DNA of 64,000 nucleotides, from the NCBI RefSeq assembly GCF_020745735.1, contig NC_083402.1:7130001-7194000 (forward strand). Direction: 5' to 3'. Below the pieces are notes generated by a model. That model saw only the letters and a list, made by a program, of their open reading frames with translations. It was not told the DNA's origin and did no database searches. Positions 25,101 to 37,100 of this stretch are shown here, one piece after another; the stretch's first letter is position 1; every line of letters begins with the position of its first letter. This DNA comes from Hemiscyllium ocellatum (lineage: Eukaryota). Both the position numbers and the translations under genes were made by a program.

Positions 25101-28100
25101 AGCATCTGAGGAGCAAGAAAATTGACGTTTCAGGCAAAAGCCCTTCATCAGGAATAAAATCATTCCCCCTCATGAGAAAAGCCTAAGCTCCCTCAACCTT
25201 CCTTAATAAGACATACCATCTAGTCCAGGCAGTATCCTGGTGAATCTCCTCTGACCCTTTCTAAAGCTTCCACATCTTTCCAATAATGAGGCGACAGAAC
25301 TGGACATACTATTCCAAGTGTGGTCTAACCAGGGCTCTACAGAGCTGCACCATAACCTCAAGTCTCTTAAACTCAATCCTCCTGCTAATGAAAGCCAACA
25401 AACAATGATATCTTCTTAACAACCCTATCAACCTGGGTGGCAACTTTGAGGGATCTATGGACATGGACCCTAAGATCTCACTGTTCCTGCACACTGACAA
25501 GCATCCCGCCTTTATCTCTGTATTCTGCATTCAAATTTGACCTTCCAAAGTGAATCATTTCACACTTTTCCAGGTTGAACTCCATCTGTCACTTATCAGC
25601 CCAGTTCTGCATCCTGTCAATGTCTTGTTGAAAGCTACAACAGAGCTTCGTACTATTCATAACTCTACAACCTTCATGTCATCAGTAAACTTGCTAACCC
25701 ACCCTTCCACTTCCTCATCCAAGTCATTTATAAAAATCACAAAGTGCAGAGGGCCCAGAACCAATCCCTGTGGAACACCACTGATAACCAAGCTCCAGGC
25801 TGAATACTTTCCAACTTCCACCAACCTCTGTCTTTTATGGGACAGCCAATTCTGTATCCAGACAGACAGATTTTCCTGAATCCCATGCCTACTTACTTTC
25901 TGAATGAGCCTACCATGGGGAATCTTATCAAATACCTTGCTAAAATCCATGTGCACCATATCGACTGCTCTACCTTCATCAATGTGCTTTGTCACATCTT
26001 CAAATAATTTAATAAGGCTTATGAGGCATGACCTGCCCCTCAGAAAACCATGCTGGTTATCTTTAATCGAACATTGGTTATCCAATAATCATAAATCCTG
26101 TGCCTAAGATCCTCTCTGATAATTTGCCCACAACAAATGTAAGACTGACTGATTTGCATTTCCCAGGATTATTCCTATTTCCTTTCTTGAATAAGGGAAA
26201 AATATTTGCAACCGTCCAATCATCTGGTACTACTCTGGTGGATAGTGAGGAAACTAAGATCATCACCAAAGGCACAACAATTTCTTCCCTTGCTTCCTGT
26301 AGACACCTAGGATATATCCTGTCTGACCCGGGGAATGTATTTATCCTTATATATGTTAATGAGTTGAATGAAGTAAGTGAATGTACTGTAGCCACGTTTG
26401 CTGATGACAAAAAAATGTAAGTGAGAAAGCAAGTAATAAGGATGAAACAAAGAAGCTGCAGAGTGACATAGACAGGTTAAGTAAGTGCCAAAATCATGGC
26501 ACATAGAATACAATGGGAGAAGTGTGTAGTTATACATTTTGGTTGGAAGAATAGAAGAGCTAAATATTATTGAAATCAGCAAAGTCTGCAGAAAGTGACA
26601 GAACAGAGGGATTTTCGGGTTTCATGAATCACAAAATCATCCAAGCTCAGCAAGTAGCTGGGAAGGTAAACAGAATGGTGAGTTTTATTTCAATTGGAGT
26701 GGAATTTACATGTCAGGAAGATTTGCCAGGCACTATTTAATTTACAGCTGGAATATTGTGAATAGTTTTGGTCCCTTTTCAAAGGAATGTTAAACTGGCG
26801 TTTGAGGTAGACCAGAGAAGGTTCACGAATTTGATGCCAGGTATGGGCAGGTTTGGGGAGATTGGGCCTGTACTTATTGGAATACAGAAGAATGAGCGGT
26901 GACTTTATTGAACCATAAAGGATTCTTCGGATGCCTGACAAAGTGGATGCAGAACGGTTGCACATTTAAGAGGCGAGGTATGTTGACTCGAAGAAAGTAG
27001 TGAAGCTCTGGACTTCTTTGCTACTAGAACAGTTAATGTTGAGTCCCTAAGTACATTCAATACAGAGATAGACTGACTTCTTTTCTTTATGGGAATCAGA
27101 GGTTGTGAAGAAAAGTCAGGAAAGTGGGATTGAGGTTTATCATCTCAGTCATGATCTCAGTGAAGTGTAGAACAGACTTAGTGGGCTGAATGGCCTTCTA
27201 GAATGCTCCAGCTGCCTCAGTTCTCAACACCTCCATTTCTGAAGCCTGTGAATCCCATTTGCTTTTTCAGACACTCTCTCAATATGTCCTGATACCTTCA
27301 AAAACTGATACATGCAGAAGGCCTAATGCCTTTATCATGATACATCATTTAAAACTGTCTGAATGATTTTATATTGTCAACAGGCAGCATAGAGCCAATG
27401 GGGATCTTGGTGATGGCTTCTCTGTTTCTTATCGCAGCACACTGAAGCCAGTCTGAATATCAGAATTGAGTGTGTGAGAGGCTATGTTTATGCATGATAG
27501 ATTGGTCTATAAATCCCAGCCTCATTGCTTTCTCTCTCCCCCTCTCTGTCTCTCTCTCACTTTGTCTCTCTCCTTCTCACTGCCTCTTCTCAGACCAACT
27601 GAAAGAGCCCAGGACAAGGAGCAAACCCAAGACCTTCTGGACCAGTGGAGTCTCTCCCCACTGAGCTGTGAGGGCAGACATAGCATCCAAACAATGTTCC
27701 TCACCTTCAATCTCCAGCTTTGTTGGAGACTGCATTTGAAAACTGCCAATATTGAGCTCCACACGACACAGATAGGAACCAGCATCCTCCTGGTTTAGTC
27801 CTTCCATCATTATTGAGGCATCATTGTTGCTGAGGTTCCCCATGAATCTGAATCGATTCCCACCGTTCTGCTGTCTCACATTCTCACACAGCTCACCCTG
27901 GGAATAGTCTGGACCAGGATATGTACACTTATAGATAACACCTGTGTCAGATTTAATCCATATGATGGAGCCAGTGAGTGTGAGATTAGTGTCAGGGTGG
28001 GTGAATCTGCAGGGTAAGACAGCGGAGCCTCCTTCCTCGGCCCTCACTTCATCCGCGACTGTCATTGACCAACCATCATCAGAATCCTCTGTGAAGTGGG

Positions 28101-28102
28101 GA

Positions 28103-28133
<31 letters not shown>

Positions 28134-31100
28134 TGAGAGAGCGAGAGAGAAAGAGAGAGAGAGAGAGAGAGACATAAACAATATTAGCAGGACAAATATC
28201 AGTGTGTGGAACTGAAACTTTGAGATTCTGATCTGATTCTGTTATTTCATGGAAATAGGGATAACAGTTATAAAGAGAGGCAGTGACCTAATGGTAATGT
28301 CAATTCATGAGCAATCCAATACTGAGGTCAGAGTTTCAGTTTCTGACATGGCAGCTGCTGGAATTTCAATTCAGTTATTAAACAGTTATTAAACATCAGA
28401 AATTAAGCAGTAGTCTAATGGTAACCATAAAATTATTATCAATTGTTGGAAAAAATCTGTCTGGTTCACTGATGTTCTTCAGAGAAAGGAAATACCGTCC
28501 TTACCTGGTCTGGCCCGCATGTAACTCCAGTTCCGCAGCAATAGATTTGACTCTGAATTGCCCTTAGAAATGGCCACAGGAGACCCTCAGTTGGAACAAA
28601 CCAGGATTAAAAGCAAAATGACTGTCATGACTGAACAGAGTTAAAAATCATACAACACATTATAGTCCAAAAGGTTTGTTTGGAAGTACGAATAAACCTG
28701 TTTGACTATAACCTGAGTTTGTGTGATTCTTAACTTTATCCACCCCAGTCCAACACCGGCACCTCCACATCATGACTCAACAGGGAATACTGTGTCAATA
28801 GCCATGTCCTACTGTTCCACACTTCGGCAGGAACTGTACAAATGTACTAGAATCCCAACGAGATCACTGAAATCTGTATTGCCTGACAAACGACTACTTG
28901 GGACAGAAAGGAACCACACCAGCAGTCTTCAGTTCAAATAATTCCATCAATCAATTTATAGTAATATCTGCTCGTACCCCTCCCCACACGCACACAGAGA
29001 ATCAGTCACAATTATGACAGAGAAAAGATAAACAGTTTATATTTCTACCATAGTGAGAAAAAAGAATATAGACAGGGTAAACAAAGTTCTAAAAATCAAA
29101 TTCCCGAACACAAGATGGAAAGATCTTTCTATCTCACAGTCCCTGTTGTTTTTTGCAGTGATGAGATGCTGTTCTCTGTACAATGATGGTCTTCCTTCAA
29201 ACTAAATGTCTATTATGTGAACTTAGACCTTTGCTCATCATTCTCAGCAGTCTATCTGTCCATGATAGGACTGGGAGGATTGACCACTATACAGTCCTTC
29301 TGGAGACAGAGTCCCTTCTTTGAAGAACATTAAGGTACATCCCCATCACGTGTGTGGCACTAGCCCAGCATTAAATGGGACAGGCTTTGAATTGATCTAG
29401 AAACTCAGAACCAGGATCCCAGTGACACTGTAGGCCAGAAATATAGCTGAGTTGAATTGCAGCACAATTTGTAAACTCCAGGCCTGGGATGTTCCCTGAC
29501 TCAAGCATTATCATCAAGTCAGGTCATCAACCCTGGTTCAATGAACAATGGAGGCGTGGATGACAGGAACATTGCCAGCAAAACTGAAAATGAAATGTCA
29601 ACGAGAAAATACTTCCATGCCAGACAGCATAAACAGCAACTGATAACCTGGGTTAAGTGACCCCACTGTCAGTGGATCAAATATAAGCTCAGCAGACCTG
29701 CAATATGCAGTTGTGAATGGTTGAGGACAATTAATCAACTTAACAGGAGTATGAGTCTCCACAAATATCCCCATTCTCAGTGAGGGGGATCCTAGCTCAT
29801 TAGTGCAAATGAAGCATTCACACCTAACTTGAACCAGAGTGCTGAGTGATGATCCATCTCACTCTCCTCCAAAGATCCTCAGCATCACAGATAATTCCTT
29901 ACCAAGACGGTAAATCTGATTCTGTGGATCTGGAGACATGTGCTGCTAGGGTGTGGACAGAAATCATTGACCTGGAGCTATTCCTCACCCAGCCCCTGAC
30001 CCATACTTGAGGGCTACACTCATTGCCCATGCCCTAACACAGTGAACCTTGCTATTGAAGACTGATGTACTAGCTACTCCGGTCCTGTGCTCTACATGTG
30101 GGGCAGACCAAGTGAGGATGGCAGAAATAAAAACAGAAATTGCTGGAAAGACTCAGCAGGTCTGGCAGCATCTGTGTTTTGGGTCCAGTGACCCTTCTTC
30201 AGAAGAAAAATGACTCAAAATGGTAGACTGAATAGCTTGGATATTGCTGCTGCTCTGGAGATTCTGGCTTAATTGGAGATTTACTTGGAGATTTCTTACA
30301 GTTATCGCATTTCCATTGTACAAGATTTTAATTTTGATTCAGTTTTAGTTCTTTTATGATCAAAAATGCAAAGAAAAATAAAAGCAAAAGCAAAAAAAGC
30401 ACTCCTTTTTAATCAAACGGAGTTCTGCAATCATGGATGGTTTGGATTTTTTTATATCTATATAAAATTACATGCGTTAACATCGCTGAAGCGATTATTT
30501 TTTTAAATTGCAGAGGAGAGTTCTTTTTTAAGACAGTTGTGTTTATAGAGATTTTGAAGAGGCTAACACAAAGGATGACTCTGTTGTATGATTTTTTTCA
30601 TGAGAACATTGAAAGCTGCCTGCTAGAACAGCTGAGCAGGAGTCACTTTTGTATTTAATAAATTCGATTGTTCAACTCAGTGGTTGATTTTATGAAGACT
30701 TCTAGGTTTGATTTTTCTTAAGATGTATATGTTTATTTCTTTTTATTTTTTACTTTTGAGCATGCTCTGGCCATGACTCGTATTCACCACTGGGCTGGTC
30801 TTGGACGCTGTTCTTCATTCCTTCCAGTAAGGACAGTTTAAGAAGTTAAAAGTTGAGGGTAGTAAAGAAAAACATCAGCAAAAGGGAAAAAAAAGAAAAG
30901 GAAGAAAAAGGAAAAGGAGCTGGTGAGGAGATGAGCTGTAGCTGGAGCACCTTACTCTGCTGCCATCTTAACCAGTTGTATTAACTGAGCATCCTCCATG
31001 ACTGGTTGGATTGAAGGGTCTGTTTCCATGCGGTATGACTCAATGACTCTCTATGACTCAATGACTGATTGTAGCTGGGAAAAAGGTTGGTATAAATGAT

Positions 31101-34100
31101 GAAAATGGGGTGGAGGAAGGGTAGAGGAATAAACATTCGTTGGAGAAGGCGGTCAGATAGGGATAAACACACAGAGAGATGGATAGATGGACTTGGACAG
31201 ACAACTTAAAGGGTAAAGTTCAGCCTGGAAGAATGAACAGCTGTTCATGAGCACCATTAGTAACTGAGAATGGATTGTTTCTGGTAGCAGTCCATGTGAT
31301 GACAAGGCCTTGGTGTGTGATGGTTGAGTGAAGAGATAGGAGAAGTTGGTTAGGCCCTAAAATTATTGAACTGCATATTGGGTGCAGGAAACTGCAGAGT
31401 CCCCAAGTGAAAAATTAGATGCTTTTCTTCCAGCTTGCACTAAGCTTCACTGGAGCACAGTAATAAGCCTGAGACAGAGGGGGTTGCCAGGGAACATGGT
31501 GGTGTTGAAGGGGCAAGCCATAGAAAGCTCAGGGTCATTTTTGTGTACAGATTATAGGTGTTTTGGAAAGTGGTCATCCAGTCTACATTTTGTCTTCCCA
31601 ATGTAGAGAGGTAGAAGTGAACTGTGCAGGGTTGATGGGTGGTGAGCAGCTATGAGGTGGTGCTGATGGATAGAGAGAGGGGTCAGGATAGTGCCATGCA
31701 TTGCCATTTGCATAGAGGGTCATTTTTGTGTACAGAATATAGGTGTTTTGGAATGTGGTCATCCAGTCTGTGTTTAGTCTTCCCAGTGTAGAGGTAGAAG
31801 TGAACTTTGCAGTGTTGGTGGAATATGAGCAGCCGTGAGGCTATATGAGGTGGTACAGATGGGGAGAGAAGGATCAAGATGGTGCCATGCATTGCCATAT
31901 GCATAGAGTGTGAATGAAAAGTGTGGTACTGGAAAAGCGCAGCAGGCCAGGCAGCATCCGAGGAGCAGGAGAATCGACGTTTTGGGTATAAGCCCTTCTT
32001 CAAGAATGAGGCTGGTGTGCCAAGCGGGTCTCCTCGGATGCTGCCTGGCCTGCTGCGCTTTTCCAGCACCACACTTTTCAACTCTGGTCTCCAGCATCTG
32101 CAGTCCTCACTTTCTCATAGAGTGTGATTGGCAGATTTCATTCTCTGAGTCAAGTCACCATATTCTTAGCAGACTGTGAGGATGCTCTCTTATGAAAGAG
32201 AGATTTAACCTGAGGGCCACCACACCTCAGGTGAGGGAAGAGTTGAGATGGAGAGTGCTTCATGGTAACTTGAGCCAGTGTGGGGATTGATGCACATGGT
32301 AGGCTCCACATTGTTTCTCAAACCAACTGTCCAGCCAACTGAGCTAAACAGATTCCCAGATTCCCTAAAAAACATGACTGAATCAAATGGGCTTTTTTAT
32401 ATATCAGCAATGTGGCCAATAGATTGGTTTTTTATTTGAGTTCCAGATATTTAAACATTACATTCAAATTTCACAAACTTCTGCTGTGGTGGGATTTGAA
32501 CCCATGGCCCCAGACTTCAGTATCTGGATTAGTTTCCCAGTGACAGTGCAGTATACCAACATTTCTCTTCATAACCCATGTGTGAATAAGGGCTGGGATA
32601 GGTCCCACTTGGCTGTCATGCCTCATACATTAAAATGAATTGTAGGAACGTACTTGCACTGATGGAACTATTCCTATTGAAGGCGTGAACACTTCCATTG
32701 TGACCAAGAGGGACACATTAGACTGTTTCAACTTCTTGTTTGATGAGATGAACTCAAAGTCTACACGACTTTGCGTCATTTGGAGATTGAACTGAACATT
32801 CTGAGTGTGTCAATGTCTTTCAATACTGACATCAGAATGTACCTCAAAGAATCAGCACATCAAATTAAGTTAAATATATAAAAAGTCAAATCTCAAATAC
32901 AAAAGTGAAATACTGCAGATGCTGGAAATTTGAAACAAAAATCAAAATGCTGCAAATAATCAGTTGGTCAAACAACACCTGTAGAGAGAAACATGGTTAA
33001 TGTTTTAGTTCAATGATGTTTCACCTGAAAATGAAATCCTAAAAAGTTCACAGAATGTGTTCCATTCTCTCCGTACAACATCTACAGACAGAAGAATGTG
33101 TGGATGGCCTCTTACCAGTTATGACCTGCACCCGACTCTCTTTCTGGATCAGACACTGAATATCCAGTGGTAGTGATGTGTATTCCACCAGACACAGGTA
33201 AGTGTGATTGTCCCTCACACTCAGCTGGTTTATCCTGGTCGAGGCGTTTCCCTCCTCTGGGTTCCCGATGAGCTCATATCGATTTCCACTGTGTACAGTT
33301 GTCCAAGTTCCCTGTGATTGGGCTGTAAATGTAATGATGTGTTGGTAGGGCTTCTTCCTCATCCAGGTAACAGTGGTCAGGTTAAGGAACTCCATGGTCT
33401 CAAAGATACAGGGTAAAGTAACTGAATCTCCCTCTTCCCCACTCACCACTGGGACATTTCCTTGAGCAGCTGAGGAAAGGACAAGCATTAGAATGGATGT
33501 GGTCAGAAGCTCGAGATTCAATTTGTTACATTTCTTTTAAACTTCACAATAAAATGAACAAGTAAACACTCCACCCATACTGCTCACAGATCTGTTCTAG
33601 ATATTCCCCTGAAGTCACCATGATCAAAACCTCTCCCTATCTCTCAATTTTAGAACCTGAATCACAAGATGCTTACAACCCTCCCGAATTCATTCATGCA
33701 GAACCCTCTGCCCAAAGTTTATATTCTTAGACTTAGACTTAGACTTAGACTTACAGTGTGGAAACAGGCCCTTCGGCCCAACAAGTCCACACCGACCCGC
33801 CGAAGCGCAACCCACCCATACCCCTACATTTACCCCTTACCTATCACTACGGGCAATTTAGCTTGGCCAATTCACCTGACCCGCACATCTTTGGACTGTG
33901 GGAGGAAACCGGAGCACCCGGAGGAAACCCACGCAGACACGGGGAGAACGTGCAAACTCCACACAGTCAGTCGCCTGAGTCGGGAATTGAACCCAGGTCG
34001 ACAGGCGCTGTGAGGCAGCAGTGCTAACCACTGTGCCACCGTGCCGCCATTCTCTACATAATGTCAAGGATTTTACAACCTTCCCCCTCACTCTGTCCAG

Positions 34101-37100
34101 CAAACATATTCAAAATATTGATCACACACTGTATGAAGGAGAACCCCCTGGTATCATTCCTAATGTAACCATTCACCAGTTCAAACTTGAGTTTTGAAAA
34201 TATGCACAGGTTAATTCAAACTTGTAGTCTGTATTAAATTTTGAGTAAAATACTTTGGGTGCAAGAGGAGTGATAGTTCAGCCATGTGGCTTTTCACGGT
34301 ATAAGTTTAAAGATGAGCTGAGTGATGATCTGATTCCTCATTCCCTATTTCAAACAGGAAACTTCATTTTCAAATCAGTTCATCTTTTGTTCACAAGAGC
34401 AAATATCCTCTCAGAATCTGCCCCGTCAAATCTCTTCAGAATTTTCTTTGTTTCAGTAATTTCTCTTCTAATATTTTTTATTCATTCATGGGTGTCTCTG
34501 GAAAATATTACATGCATTTATTGTCCATCTCGACTGCCAAGGAGCCGCTGCCTTCTTGAACTGCTGAGGTGAAGGGGTTACCTACAGGAGTTCTATGGAT
34601 GGAGTTCCAGGATTTTGACTCAGCAACACTGAAGGAATGGCAATATGGTAAGAATGGAACCAGACGACTTTGTTTTGAGTGAGGCAGCAAAAACAATGAG
34701 AGCAGACACAGCCCTGTTAATCCTGTAAAATCTTTCTCATTAACATCTGGAAGCTAGTGCAAGAAGTAGAAAAGCTGTCTCACAGACTGGTCAACTAACA
34801 GCGTCACATAGGCAAATGCATGGAATGATATCTCACAATGTCTCAGGTACCAGCGTTGCCATTGCTGGATATGCCCTGTCCCACTGGCAGGGACAGACCC
34901 AGCAGAGATCGAGGCGCTGTGATATACAGTGGGAAGAGGTTGCCCTGGTAGTACCTAACATGAAGTCCCCAACTTAAAGTGAACATTGTTAGCCCATGGA
35001 ACTACAATCTGTAACTTCACGATTCAGGTTAACTACCAATCCACCATTCCCATCAGGCTGGGAGATCAATGAAATGTATGTGTGAATATGCTGTGAGCAA
35101 CAATAGGCAAACTGAAAAATATGATGCCAACATTCTGAAACTACAACATCCAGGATAGCACATAATAGAGCCATCCCATAACCAATGGATCAGATGGCTC
35201 TGCAGTACTGGTTCATACAGTCCTGAATGATAGAGGACAATTGCTGCACCAGTTGGTTCAGTAGAGTTTTATAACACTACGATCTCCCCAACAATGGGGA
35301 AAATTGCCCAGGTATGTCTTGTATACAAAAAGCAAAGTGATTCTGACCAGGCAATTTACAGCTCCATCAATTCACTCTCGATCATCAGGGGAGTGATGGA
35401 ATGTGAGTGACTGCCCTTAACATCAAGGCTACATTTGAATAGGTGGAGCAAATGGGAGCTTGAGGAAAACTGAAGCCAATGGGAATTGGGGGAGAATTCT
35501 CTTTTGGTCTAAGTTTATACCTGGCACATAGGAAGATTGTTGCAGTTGTTGGAGGTCAGCTCCAGGACACCGCTGCAGGAGTTCCTCAGGGTAGTGTCCT
35601 AGGCCCAACCATCTCCTGCTGTATCATCAGTCCTCCCTCCACCATACGATCAGAAGTGGAGATGGATGTTTCCTGATGAACATGGGATACAGGAGAACAT
35701 CACTATATACAAGCTTCCCTCCAAGACACTCACCATCCTGATTTGGAAATATTTCACCATTCCTTCAGTTTTTTTGGGGCAAAGTCCTGGAATTCATTTA
35801 CCAATTACATCATGACTATCCCTGCAGCTGAGGGAATTCAGAAGTTCAAGAAGGCAGCTCACCATTCCCTTCTCCAGGGCAATTAGGGGTGGCCAATAAA
35901 CACTGACTGTGCAAGTAACACCCACATCCCCTTGAACAATTCCAAGATAAATAGTGCCAAGTCAGGATGATGTGCATCTGCTGCTGTTTTTCATGGTGTT
36001 CGTAGAGATCACTAGTTTGGGGGGTGCTCGAGATGGAAGAGTTGGCGCTTAACTGCAGTGTATTTTGTAGTTATTTTTCTTCCCACAATGGTGTTTGGGT
36101 GGAAGTTCCAGGATTTTCAGCCAGCATCCGTGACAGGACAGCGATATATATTCCTGTACTCTTCCAGAAACAATGGGAGTATTCCACCACGCTTCTGACT
36201 GATCAATAGGCTTTAATGTCAGAAGATGTGTTAATTTACAGGATTCCTAGCTTGCGACCTGCTCTTGGAGCCACAATTTCATTTGCACTCATGGGTTCAC
36301 TCCTTGTCCACAAATGAATGAGCCATTCAGAGGTAGTTAAGAATGAATCACATGACTATGGGTACAGAGATGTGTGTATGTCAGACAAGGTAAGGATAGC
36401 AGATTTTCCTCCCTAAAGGACATGAGTGACCCAGATGGTTTTACTTTTACAGTGATGGATCCATAGTCATTATGAGACGACTTTTTAGTCTGAGATTTTT
36501 TTCAATTCAAATTTTACAATCCAGCTGGGATTGGAATCATTCACAAGGACATTAACCTCTGGAGAAGGCAGCTTCCCTAATTTTCTCCTCAGCTCATAGA
36601 GAGGGAAATAGCAACTGTGAGGTTCTCAGCCAATGTGAGCTGAAGGTTCCTTCACTCTGAGGCATGCTCATCCAATGAGGGCTCAGGAGGTACGAGTTTC
36701 TCTGTACTCCACCCAATAAGGGGGCAGGGCTTTCACTGGTCGGAATCTAGGAGCTTGGATCTTGAGGATATTTAGTCTGTTCCCTATCCCAGAATGCTGA
36801 AGTTAGTTGAAACATAATGAATGATTGTGTGAGAGACTGTGGGAAGTTTCAGATGGAATATTCTACAAACTCCAGTTAATATCACTGCCTCCTGCCTCAG
36901 TCCAACTGAAAGAGCCCAGGACAAGGAGCAAAACCAAGAGCTCCCAGAAGAGGTGAAGCCTGTCCCCATTGTGCTATACGGGCAACAACACCATCCGAAC
37001 ATTGTTCCTCACCTATCACTTCCAGATCTGTCCCCAACAGCGTTTCGAAACTGCCAATATTGAGTTCCACACAACACCGATAGAAACCATCATTCTCCCG

